64,000 bases of DNA. Origin: Marsupella aquatica (Eukaryota > Plantae > Marchantiophyta). The notes under the pieces were generated by a model. The model saw nothing but the letters and a program-made list of their open reading frames with translations, made no database searches and was not told the DNA's origin. The stretch is taken from assembly GCA_973895155.1 (NCBI GenBank), contig OZ316892.1, positions 16,606,357 to 16,670,356 on the forward strand, given 5' to 3'. The position numbers and the translations under genes were made by a program. This document shows positions 10,181-21,994 of this stretch, one piece after another. How positions within the stretch are numbered: position 1 is the stretch's first letter; the number at the start of each line of letters is the position of its first letter.

Positions 10181-13100
10181 TTAAGTGCCGGTGCCGGACA
10201 AGCTGGATATCTGGAGGAAAGAAAGAAAATGCAGACTTCCATGCACTATGTGGAAACTGCTGGGGAAATCGCTCTGAAAATTCAGCAGACGGGATTCAGC
10301 CACTTGCCTTGCACTTGGATCAATATCCACATAGATGTACTGCTTCACCACCATGCCAGACTTTAGGAGAGCTTCCAGGCCTGTAGAAATGCCACCAAAA
10401 AGCTCAAGCAATGTAAGGTCATCTGAAGGAGGAGTCCAGGTAACTGGTGCACTCAAGATTGGGGCTATTGGTTGTCCATTATGCTGCCCAAGGTCCTCAA
10501 ATTTGTGCAATGCAGCCACCAAAGGTCCATGGGCTGCTTGGAGCCGTTGTACCACCTCTGGTTGATGATCCACGTTGCTGGAAAGTGCTGCCACACGTGC
10601 AGCAGCATGTGCAGTAGCCACCTCATCCTCATCCTCCTCAATCCAATCCTGCAATGGGTGGTTGACATAGGTAGCTGTGTGCACTGCTTTCAACACACAG
10701 TGGTGAGCCATAGGGGTATGGGCACCATGCAAATCAAGTGGAATGTATCCCAAGTGTGAGCCATCCGTATGCCAATCAACTCTGTAGTATGCATGCTCAT
10801 GCCAGTTGTCAATGGTAAAACCTGGTGGGAACAAAGTCTCCTGGCCAATGAGCACATCATACGTAGTGGCATTGGTAACCAAACATCTGACTGGGAAATG
10901 CAGTTCCTGATCTGTACCTCCATTAAAAGTGAGAGTGAGTAAAGTAGAACTCTCACCCAGCACATCCTCCACAGTGCCACTAGCAGTCGGAATGTGCCAC
11001 CTGGACTGCTGTAAATGATCAATCAGCACTCCCATCTTCTTGGCAAACTGAATGCCCAAGATTACTGGTTGAGCGCCTGTGTCTAGCATGACCACCTGAG
11101 GAGTGTGACCCTCCAACTTGACTGCTGAATTCCTGTTGTCAACAATGGCAATGGTGGTGGAAACTAAAGTCCTGTCACTAGGCACCACTTTTGGCAAATG
11201 ATGAGGTACCTTGTGAAGGGAGTTAGTGTCCATGGTCTTCCCACTCAACAGCATAGCCAGGAAAGATGGAGCAGCATGACCAGAATCAAGTGTAGATCTG
11301 ATCACATAATCTGCAGCAATACTGTCATCTCTACCACTGGAAATCGGTACTGGGATAGCCAAACCAGTGGAAGCATGCAATGGAGAAGAAGAAGGTCCAG
11401 TATTAACATGAGATTGGACCTCCAAAACCGGTGTCACAAGGGCTGATGAAGAATGCAGTGAGCCCTCTAGCGCTCTGATGATAGCTCTAGCATCCAGCTG
11501 TAAATCATGGCAACTGAAAAGTGGAGTGGTAAGAATCCTTTGTGCCATATCGGAGGTGAAATGCTCAAGCAACTCAGGAAAAACAACTCCCTGTGAAATG
11601 TTAGCAGCACCTGGTGGTGGAATGGATGTAGCTGCAGCTCCCTCCCCCCTCGCCAACAAGGTTTAGGGTTTAGGGGACCAGCAGCAAGACCATCAGCTTG
11701 TACAATGTGGCGTGTGGGAGCAATACGGGAGGCAGCACTGGCCTGTTGGTAAGCAAAATAGGAAGGGCAGAATGAATCTGAAAATTCTGCTGTAAGGCCA
11801 GGCTGTGTAGCAGAGGACAGCACACACTCACCCATATGAGCATCAAATGGCAAGCCATAGAAAGAGCGGGGTAGGGGTGCTGAACTGTCAGTGGTGCCTG
11901 GGCCAGGGATGGGTTGCACGTGACCAGCCGGTTGAGAAGGACCAGCAGAGGCAGTGGACTTGCCTTTGATGTTGGCAAGTTGGGCACGTAATGACTCAAC
12001 CTCATGAGTCAGAGACTGGAGTTGAGTGGCCTGTGCGTTGTGAGCCTCCTTCTGAGCGGGTTGCTTCTGTTGCTGCTTGGGCAATTTGTTAGCACTGGAT
12101 GCTTTGCCACTGGAAGGAGGAGCAACTGATGCAGTAGGAGCCCTCCTAGCTGGTGGGGGAGTGGAAATAGGAGCAGGATGAGTGGCCTGCTGTCGTAGCT
12201 GCTTCCTCTCGGGGAATTTGGCAAAACAAACTACCTCCAAGTGGCCCACTTTCTCGCAAAAATCACAAGACAGGTCCTCAGCAACAATATCACATTCATT
12301 AGCCTTGTGATTAGGGTTACCACAGTAGTTGCAAGATGGTAGCATGAAAGCAGCATTTGCTGGCTTGGTCTTGGAACTATACTGTGGCACACGGGAAGGA
12401 GTGGCCAGTGTAGGGGCAGCAGCCTGGTACCTGGATCGCGGTGGACGCGCAATACTGGCCTCATAATATGCACGGGCCAACTCAAGTTTCTCAGCAGTGT
12501 CATAGACATTGAGCAAGGTGTAGCTGTCTCCAAACTCTGAGAATACTTGCTGCAACACTTGTGAATGGAGAGTTGGGGTGCCCTCCAACGCACGAAGATA
12601 GCGATGAGCAGCTTCCAGGTCAGTGATGCTCTGGGTGTCTTCCTTCAGCTTGAGAAGCCGGCGATACAACATCTTCAATGTTTCATCGCGCTGCCTCACA
12701 AATGTGGCCAACTGCATGATTTTGTCAGCACTCTTGATTGGGAATTCCAATTCAAGAACCTGGAAAAACTCAGCCACTGGATCAACAAAGGCAGGGGAAT
12801 CAATGGTGGGAGAAATGCCTGATGTAGCCTATGCCAAGACAGTGGGAGTAACTGGTGCAGTGGTGGGAACTGGAGTAGGAGGGGAAGTGGCAGGAGCAGC
12901 AGCATGGGCTGCAATGGCATTCTGTAATGCCAGTTGTGAGGCAGCCGCAATTGCAGTGGCATAGGCAGGGTTAGGCAATTGTGTGACAACAAGCAGCCGT
13001 TGAGAATGCTGCTCATACACATCCAAAGCCTCGTGGTGCACATACCTGGCTAGCTGCTTAAATGCAAAAGCATTTGTGAAATTGCTGCCATACTTCAACT

Positions 13101-13473
13101 CCAATTCGTAAACGATAGTGTAGAAAGTGGATTTGAACTCACGTAAAGAGACAGTGCCTGGCCGCTCGCTGAAGCGCTCAATGCGGCCAGATGAGTGGCT
13201 GGCATCCATGCTGTATGTTGGTGAAGCTGGAACAATCACCGATGCAGAAGGAGAAAAAGGCAAAGAAGTGATAGCAGGCTTTGGGGTAGAGGTGAAGCGA
13301 CCGCCAAATGTAGCAGAAGGGTTGCGTGGTGTGGGTGTTGCTACTGTCTGCTGACGTCGTCGAAATTGCCGAGACTCCAATGAAATTGGCACCAATGGTC
13401 GTGGATCACTCCGTAAGTGGTACCGGGGTGTTGGTGGCGATGAGCTGCTACCTCCTGGCTCGTCGGCTGACAT
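10181..13473 (-). pseudogene. Inner-copy gag-protease-DNMT N-terminus (frameshifted)
   Basis: Two zinc knuckles (CNYCGNPNHKANEC, CDFCEKVGHLEVVC), protease VMLDTGAQ and DNMT motif I LELFGGISTG. Frameshifts near 10282 and 11665; in-frame TAG at 12829-12831. Confidence 0.85.
11661..11675 (+). repeat. Interstitial telomeric patch (TTTAGGG)x2
   Basis: GTTTAGGGTTTAGGG replaces ~73 bp that are present in the outer copy at 18271-18343. Confidence 0.8.
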
Positions 13474-14906
13474 GCTGCATGCTCACCCAGGGTGCCAATG
13501 GGAAAGAAATTGACAAGAAAAAGGAGTGGCAGCCCCAAGGCTAGGAAATAAACGGTACAAGGCAGCAATGTGTAGAATGTGTAAGCGCTGAGAAACTGTC
13601 AAAGTCTATGCAGATGACATGTGGCGGCAGCAAAGAAATCCGGGAAGAATGGGCCCTTGAAAACATGAATAGGGGCCCCCCTTAAGTCTATACATTGGGC
13701 CCCTTTAAGTGTATACGTCGGGCCCCTATGTGGACCCGAAAAAGGAAGGACCGGCCGGCACGGTGCCCTATGCAAGTAGTCGAGAACAAAGCAAGAGCGA
13801 ACGGAAAGAAATGGGCCCTGCAACACGTGAAAGGGGCCCCTTAAGTGTATACACATCGGCCCAATGTGGACCCGGGAATTGGCAGCAGGTCGATCATCGT
13901 GCAGCGAAAAAGTGAGACAAGCTGAAAAAGGTGAAAAGAAAACGGGAAGAGTGAGGCGAAGAAAAAGAAATGAGCCCTGTGCATAGGGCTTCGCACCCCC
14001 TTCCCTCCTCCTTATGAGCTCCCGAAGCCTCCTTGGGGCTTCGTGCCCTGGCAGGCCTAAGTACTCCCGTGTGAGGGAGTTCGAATTGAACTCCCCTCCC
14101 CTCCTTTAATGCAGCTTAGGGCCTTGTGCCCTCTCCTGGCACTCTCGCTCCCCCTCCTTGCCTCCTTTCATTGCAACATAGGGCCTCGTGCCCACTCCTT
14201 GCACTCTCGCTCCCCTCCTCCTGGCTTTAATTGCTTATTAGGGCCTCGTGCCCTCTCTCCTTGCGCTTGTCTCCCCCTGCTTCAATGCTGCTTCGTGTGC
14301 TGCAGGAGGACTCCCGAGAAGGGAGTCGTATGTACTCCCCCTCCCCCTTTAATGCAGCATAGGGCCTCATGCCCACTCGCTGCTGCCTGCCTCGGCTCTG
14401 TCTCCCCCCTTGCGCTTGTGCTCGCTAGTCGACTCCCTTCCTCCTTAATTAAATGCTGGCAAAAACGAGAGCGCACGATGCCCTATGCGCAGCCTGCCTT
14501 ATGCGATCGGGAGGGAGGCAAAGGGGAGACTATGGCCGAAAACGGCAAAAAAGAGAAAAACGGGGCGCGCGGTCGGAAGGGAAGTGGTCGCGCGGCAGCC
14601 GTGGCCGGGAAAATGCCCATAAAAACTAACAAACAAGGGTCTTAAAAACGCGAGCGAGGCCGCAGCGGCCTATGCAGTCGGCAGCAAGTCGCCGATGTAG
14701 GTCACAAAGAAGGTTGCGGCCGGAAAAGGAAAACCTGGGCCCCGACGGGAGTGTTATGTGTATACACTTAAGTATACACATAACTCCACACTAAACCCAT
14801 AGTTTTGAAGCCTCGTTCCAATGTCTATCAAGGAAATTGCAACGGCTTAACCAAAAATTGTCGAAACTGCCACGAGAAATCTTCTTCCCGTCACCGCTAA
14901 CTCGAG

Positions 14907-15079
14907 AGTTCTTCTTGAATAAAAGGCGTGATAGAAACAAATGTGCTGAAATCGAATCGAAAACCGGCGAGATGCCAAGATCGGCCGGGAGCATCTAACG
15001 AATCACTATGTGAATTCCGTGTACGGAACCGACGAGCAGCCTCTGAAAAACCCTGTCTCACAGCGATTCAAGAAGAACT
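14907..15079 (-). promoter_or_regulatory. Putative self-priming site: 14-bp inverted repeat pairing the sequence just downstream of A1 with a site inside A1
   Basis: AGTTCTTCTTGAAT (14907-14920) is the reverse complement of ATTCAAGAAGAACT (15066-15079). No tRNA-type TGG PBS is present at this position. Confidence 0.55.
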
Positions 15080-15280
15080 GAAGAACGGCAAAGAAAAACA
15101 TGCCCTAAGTAGGACCGGGTCCAGGCGTCACACTAACAAACCCCTTTTGCTTCAAGAACAGCCCAGACTCACTACAAGAACATGACACTAACTCAAGTAG
15201 TACACTAGCCCTAACCATACCTAGCGGGCATGCGAGGGACATGCCGATGTGCACAAGCGGCACTGTCCCTCGGCATGACA
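14925..15280 (-). repeat. 5' terminal repeat A1 (356 bp) of the inner copy
   Basis: Homologous to 5579-5934, 21210-21560, 24698-25051 and 37441-37792. Confidence 0.92.
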
Positions 15281-15284
15281 TGGC

Positions 15285-18200
15285 GGTCCTTTGCAAGCAG
15301 CAAAATCTGGTTAAAGCCTTGCCTTAGATCCACAAGAGTGAAGATGTTTGAGTCTCCAATGCTGTCAAATAACTCCTCTGGCCGTGGCATGGGGTACCTG
15401 TCCTGGGGTGAGACCAGGTTCAGTGGCCTGTAGTCCCCACACATGCGCTTCTCTGTCCACAATCCACTGGAATCCTTCTTTGCTGGCATCACTGTAGCTG
15501 CTGCAAAATCTGATGTAGATGGCTGAATAAGCCCAGCTTCATATAACTCTTGGCATCTCTCATCCACCAGCTACCACTCATGCTTACTCAAACGGTGTCT
15601 CCGCCTGAAGATAGGTGTTTCATCAGCCAACTCAATGGAGAACTGCATAGTCTTGCACTTACCCAAGTCCTTCATAGAGAAAGCAAACACGTTCTCATGC
15701 TTGAGGAGAAAATTCAGCAGCTGGTCCTTCTGTCTTTTACTCAGGTGGTTGCCCATGATGAATGTGTAGTTGGCAACACTGGGAATAGGACGTGATGTAA
15801 TCGTGCTTGAAGAACCAGAAGTGCTAGCCTCTTCACTGTCCAAGCTGCTAGCATGCTGCTGATAAGGTGATGAGGCCTCTCCAAGGCCTGCTATATGTGT
15901 TGCTCGGGTCTGATCCACACCATGAAACTCAGAAATAATATCAGCCACATTACAAGGGACCTCTTCCCCCCCAACACTTGGACTGAAGCGGTGAGTGTTG
16001 AAGAGAGGTAAGTGCACTTGGTCGAGATGCCATGTAACAGCACCATGGAGTGGCAGGGCTGGAACTCCTGATGCTGGATGAATGTACATCTGAAAAAGGA
16101 TGCAAGTGACCAGAAGCCAAGTGAGAGCATGGAGATCCATTACCCTGCCAAGTAAAGCATTCCTGGCCAGCCTGGTGATGTGGGTGTGGGCTGTAGTACC
16201 GGATTGGAAGCCCATAGCCCGTTCTCTCTCCTCAGGACTAGGTTCATCCCATGTACCGGTAGAATGTCAGTAAACCAGGCCAGGACCATCACCCTGAAAA
16301 GCATGTGCACCTGGAAAGGACACAAATGTAGGCCAAGCAGCATGGGGCTGTCTAATGGTATTGGCTGGATACCAAGGTGCTGGCTCTTGCCGTGTAACTG
16401 GTTGGCAAGAACTGTCAGGATCCAAAATCTGGTCCACTGTAAGGTTAGTGTCCCTGGATGTGTGGTGAAGAGCTAACTCCAGCAAGGAAGGTGGTGCAGG
16501 GTTAGTCCAAAAGTTACGAAGACGATGTGCATAAGAACCATAGTGCACTACATCAATGAGAAGGGGTGGTCCCAAGTAGTGCTGGACCACACTAAAGTCC
16601 TCTTTGACCTGTGGACGCTGGTCAAACTGAGATGGAGTATTCTCAATGATATAACCAACAGCAGGATAAAGGGATTGAGCCCAGGTGAGAATCTGAACCA
16701 ATGTTGTGAAAAGGCCAGAACGAGAATCATGCAGTCCAGCACCGTGACCAGCAACTAAAAACCCTTGGCATTCCCAACCAGCTATGATCAAATCAAGGGA
16801 GCCAAGAAGGGTTAAGTGCCGGTGCTGGACAAGCTGGATATCTGGAGGAAAGAAAGAAAATGCAGACTTCCATGCACTGTGTGGAAACTGCTGGGGAAAT
16901 CGCTCTGAAAATTCCAGCAGATGGGATTCAGCCACTTGCCTTGCACCTGGATCAATGTCCACATAGATGTACTGCTTCACCACCATGCCAGACTGTAGGA
17001 GAGTTTCCATGCCTGTAGAAATACCACCAAAAAGCTCAAGCAATGTAAGGCCATCCGGAGGAGGAGTCCATGTAACTGGTGCACTCAAGATTGGGGCTAT
17101 TGGTTGTCCATTATGCTGCCCAAGGTCCTCAAATTTGCGCAATGCAGCCACCAAAGGTCCATGGGCTACTTGGAGCCTTTGTACCACCTCTGGTTGATGA
17201 TCCACGCTGATGGAAAGTGCTGCTATATGTGCAACAACATGTGCAGCAGCCACCTCATCATCATCCTCCTCAATCCAATCCTGCAATGGGTGGTTGACAT
17301 AGGTAGCTGTGTGCACTGCTTTCAACACACAGTGGTGAGCCATAGGTGTATGGGCACCATGCAAATCAAGTGGAATGTAGCCCAAGTGTGAGCCATCCGT
17401 ATGCCAATCAACTCTGTAGTATGCGTGCTCATGCCAGTTGTCAATGGTAAAACCTGGTGGGAACAAAGCCTCCTGGCCAATGAGCACATCATACGTAGTG
17501 GCATTGGTAACCAAACATCTGACTGGGAAATGCAATTCCTGATCTGTACCTCCATTAAAAGTGAGAGTGAGTAAAGTAGAACTCTCACCCAGCACATCCT
17601 CCACAGTGCCACTAGCAGTCCGAATGTGCCACCTGGATTGCTGTAAATGATCAGTCAGCAGTCCCATCTTCTTGGCAAACTGAATGCCCAATATCACTGG
17701 TTGAGCGCCTGTGTCTAGCATGACCACCTGAGGAGTGTGACCCTCCAACTTGACCGCTGAATTCCTGTTGTCAACAATGGCAATGGTGGTGGAAACTAAA
17801 GTCCTGTCACTAGGCACCACTTTTGGCAAATGATAAGGTACCTTGTGAAGGGAGTTAGTGGCCACGGTCTTCCCACTCAACAACATAGCCAGGAAAGATG
17901 GAGCAGCATGACCAGAATCAAGTGTAGCTCTGGTCACACAATCAGCAGCAATAGGTACTAGGGCAGCCAAACCAGTGGAAACATGTAAAGGAGAAGAAGA
18001 AGGTCCAATATGTACATGAGATTGGACCTCCAAAACCGGTGTCACAGGGGCTGATGAAGAATGCAGTGAACCCTCTAGCGCTCTGATGACAGCTCTAGCA
18101 TCCAGCTGTAAATCATGGCAACTGAAAAGTGGAGTTGTAAGAATCCTTTGTGCCATACCGGAGGTGAAATGCTCAAGCAGCTCAGGAGAAACAACTCCCT

Positions 18201-19911
18201 GTGAAATGTCAGCAGCACCTGGTGGTGGAATGGATGTGGCTGCAGCTCCCTCCCCCCTCGCCAACAAGGTGCGCTCTTCAGCAAGTGTGAGGGGCTGAAA
18301 AGATTGGGGCATGACAGCCCGAGCTCCCCTGGCTCTAGTCATAGGACTAGCAGCAAGACCATCAACCTGTACAATGCGGCGTGTGGGAGCAATACGGGAG
18401 GCAGCACTGGCCTGCTGGTAAGCAAAATAGGAAGGGCAGAATGAATCTGAAAATTCTGCTGTAAGGCCAGGCTGTGGAGCAGAGGACAGCACACACTCAC
18501 CCATATGAGCATCAAATGGCAAGCCATAGAAAGAGTGGGGTAGAGATGCTGAACTGTCAGTGGTGCCTGGGCCAGAGATGGGTTGCACGTGACCAGCCGG
18601 TTGAGAAGGACCAGCAGAGGCAGGTGACTTGCCTTTGATGTTGGCAAGTTGGGGCACGTAGGGACTCAACCTCATGAGTCAGAGACTGGAGTTGAGTTGC
18701 CTGGGCATTGTGAGCCTCCTTCGGAGCTGGGTTTAGGGTTTAGGGTTTAGGGTTTAGGGTTCAGGGTTCAGGTTTAGGGTAACATGAAAGCATGAAAGCA
18801 ACATGTGCTGGTTTGGTCTTGGAAGCATACTGTGGCACACGGGAAGGGGTGGCCATTGTAGGGGCAGCAGCCTGGTACCTGGATCGCGGTGGATGCGCAA
18901 TATTGGCCTCATAATGTGCATGGGCCAACTCAAGTTTCTCAGCAATGTCATAGACATTGAGCAAGGTGTAGCTGTCTCCAAACTCTGAGAATACTTGCTC
19001 CAACACTTGCGAATGGAGAGCTGGTGTGCCCTCCAATGCGCGAAGATAGCGATGAGCAGCTTCCAGGTCAGTGATGCTCTGGGTGTCCTCCTTCAGCTTG
19101 AGAAGTCGGCGATACATCATCTTCAATGTTTCATCGCGCTGCCTCACAAAGGTGGCCAAGTGCATAATTTTGTTAGCACTCTTGATTGGGAATTCCAATT
19201 CAAGAACCTGGAAAAACTCAGCCACTGGATCAGCAAAGGCAGGGGAATCAATGGTGGGAGAAATGCCTGATGTAGCCTATGCCAAGATAGTGGCAGTAAC
19301 TGGTGCAGTGGTGGGAACTGGAGTAGGAGGGGAAGTGGTAGGAGCAGCAGTATGGGCTGCAATGGCATTCTGTAATGCCAGTTGTGAGGCAGCCACAATT
19401 GCAGTGGCATAGGCAGGGTTAGGCAATTGTGTGATAGCAAGCAGCCGTTGAGAGTGCTACTCATACACATCCAAAGCCTCGTGGTGCACATACCTGGCTA
19501 GCTGCTTAAATGCAAAATCATTTGTGAAATTGCTGCCATACTTCAACTCCAATTTGTAAACGATAGTGTAGAAAGTGGATTTGAACTCACGCAAAGAAAC
19601 AGTGCCTGGCCGCCCACTGAAGCGTTCAATGCGGCCAGATGAGTGGTTGGCGTCCATGCTGTATGTCGGTGAAGCAGGAACAACCACGGATGCAGAAGGG
19701 GTAAATGGTAATGAAGTGATAGCAGGCTTTGGAGTAGTGGTGAAGCAACCGCCAAATTGAGCAGAAGGATTGCGTGGTGTGGGTGCTGCTGCTATCTGTG
19801 GACGTCGTCGAAATTGCCGAGACTCCAATGAAATTTGCACCAATGGTTGTGGATCACTCCGTAAATGGTACCTGGGTGTCGGTGGCGATGTGCTGCTACC
19901 TCTGCTGACAT
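15285..19911 (-). pseudogene. Outer-copy gag-protease-DNMT3-like-RT N-terminus
   Basis: ORF 16267-18675 carries LDTGA, LELFGGISTG, YIYVDID, LDLIIAGWECQGF, YIIENT and AHRLRNFWTN. 15571-16215 carries RNALLGRVMDL. Several stops and frameshifts; the Gag knuckles are deleted. Confidence 0.88.
18729..18780 (+). repeat. Interstitial telomeric patch, about 7 TTTAGGG/TTCAGGG units
   Basis: Replaces ~275 bp, including both CCHC knuckles, present in the inner copy at ~12063-12337. Confidence 0.9.
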
Positions 19912-21209
19912 GCTGTGGTGTCCTTGCCGGATCGACGGTCTGATGTGTATGCCGGGCCCTCAACCTTACGTAGATGCCATGTGGCGGCAGCAAAGAAATT
20001 GGGAAAATATGGGAAAATATGGGCCCTATTCAGCGGTAGTCGAATATGTGAACCGGGCCCCTCTTAAGTGTATACACATTCGGGCCCCATTGTGGACCCG
20101 GAAACTGCAGCCGGACCGGTCGAGTGTGTATACACACTCGTAGCACACGGCCCTATGCAGCGCTAGTCGGACGGCTATGGAAAAGTCAAGGAGTCACTAT
20201 GGCCGACGAGGGAAAGAAACGGGAGGGCACGATGCCCTATGTACATACTGCGGAGCACAAAAGGTGTAAGGAGGAAAAGGCAAGACGCAGCGTGGCAAGG
20301 GCGAAGTAAAGAGATGGCGAAAAGAAAAGCATCGGGCCCCCATAGAGGGGCTACAAACTCCCCCCTCCTCTCGTGCAATGTAATTTGGGCTCGTGCCCTG
20401 GCAGGAGCACTCCCGAGAAGGGAGTCGACTTAACTCCCCTCCCCCTTTAATGCTTCATAGGGCCTCGTGCCCTCTCCTCTCGCAGGCTCGCTTCAACTCC
20501 TCCCCCTCGTTAATGCTGAATGGGGCCTTGTGCCTGGCAGAAGTGTGAGTCCCAAGAGGAGGGAGTCGAATGTACTCCCTCTCCTCCTTTTAATGCAGCA
20601 TAGGGCCTTGTGCCCTCTCCCTACGCTCCTGCCTTCACTCCCCCTCCCCCTTCTTTAATGCTGCCTAGGGCCTCGTGCCCTCTCCAGGCGCTCCTTCCCC
20701 TTCCTCTGGCTGCTTAGAAATGGGCGAGGCAAGGGCACGATGCCCTATGCACAGCCTGCACACCAAAGCGGAAGGAGGTCGAGAGAAAGAGAAGAAAACG
20801 GGGCCCCCAAAGGCGAAAACGTAAAGAGGAGGTCGGGGTGGAAGCGTGTCGAAACGAGGGCACACGGCCCTATGCAGGCATCTCGCTGCGGCCGAGGCAA
20901 AACTCGCCGGCAGCTGTGGCCGGGAATGCAAAAACAACCCCAAAAGCAGTCGAGGCAGCAAGCGGCAGTAACAGTAAGAAGGAGCAAAGGGGTCGCGGAT
21001 GCAACCAGAAAATGAACTCTGGACCTCCTCGGGAGCACTGATATGTGTATACACTTAAGTATACACATAACAACATAAACCCATAACTTTCAACTCGTCG
21101 CTCCGATGTTCGTCAAAGAAATTGCAATAGCTTCACCAGAAATTGTCGAAATCGTCACGAGCAATCTTCTTCCCCTCACTGCCAACTCGGCAGTTCTTCT
21201 TGAATAAAA

Positions 21210-21560
21210 GGCGTAAGAGAAACAATCGTACTGAAATCGAATCAAAACCGGCAGGATGCCAAGATCAGCCGAGAGCATCTAACGAATCACTGTGTGAATC
21301 CCGTGTACGGAACCGACGAGCACTGTCTGAGCTCTGTCAACAACGATTCAAGAAGAATTGCCAACCCACAAAGAAAGACATGCCCTAAGCAAGCAAAGCC
21401 CTGACGTCACACTAACAAGCACATTTGCTTCAAGAACGGCCCAGACTTGCTACAAGAACATGTCGCTAACTCAGCTAGTACACTAGCCCTAACTACATAC
21501 CTAGCGGGCAGGCGAGGGACATGCCGATGTGCATAAGACGCACTGTCCCTCGGCATGACA
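21210..21560 (-). repeat. 5' terminal repeat A of the outer copy
   Basis: Homologous to A1, ends CATGACA, and has no B sequence next to it. Confidence 0.9.
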
Positions 21561-21994
21561 CCACTTCCTTCTCGCCATGCGCCCCGGCTGCCCTTATGGA
21601 GATGCCAGGTGGCGCCCACCGGGGCTGCCCCTTATGGACTTCTTCACTCCCTTTCCTCAATGCCCCTTTACTCCAAAAAACTTTCAACCTCTCAAAAGAA
21701 CTCATTCTCTTCTTTTGGCCCTTGTTGTGGTTATACCCATTTAACCCCAAAAAGAAAAGTTAACCTCTTGGACTTATAGGGGGAACTTGACAATGGTTCA
21801 AGCGAAATGGCAAGGCCACCTATTTGCCCCCCCCCCTAGGTTGCCGTGGCCGTTTAGAACAATTATGAAAATAAAATAAAATAAAATAAAGTCCTCCTGG
21901 CAGCACCAACTTGAAAGGATGGAATTAACTCAAAAAAAATTTAAAATGGCTTATTTATAGTGGCTATTAACAATGCACAGGCCTCCGCGACCAG

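Larger units (their letters stand above)
5402..15280 (-). mobile_element. DNMT/PHD Gypsy-like retroelement, inner copy, split-direct-repeat form A1-ORFs-B1-gc-A2-B2
   Basis: TG..CA ends with TSD TGGC at 5398-5401 and 15281-15284. Joining the flanks restores the RT sequence seen intact at 8645-8670. B2 5402-5578, A2 5579-5934, GC 5935-5936, B1 5937-6113, A1 14925-15280. Confidence 0.93.
2679..21560 (-). mobile_element. DNMT/PHD Gypsy-like retroelement, outer copy, form A-ORFs-B (no LTR pair), interrupted by the inner copy
   Basis: Starts TGTCGTGAC (2679) and ends GGCATGACA (21560). 4-bp TSD CCAC at 2675-2678 and 21561-21564. The two ends are different sequences. RT is split at 5401/15281 by the nested copy. 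Confidence 0.92.

Noticed and set aside
2679-21560. Ginger DNA transposon or DIRS/Ngaro element
   Set aside because: The ends and TSD are Ginger-like but it encodes Gag, protease, RT and RNaseH. The family repeat layout is Ngaro-like but there is a DDE integrase and no tyrosine recombinase.
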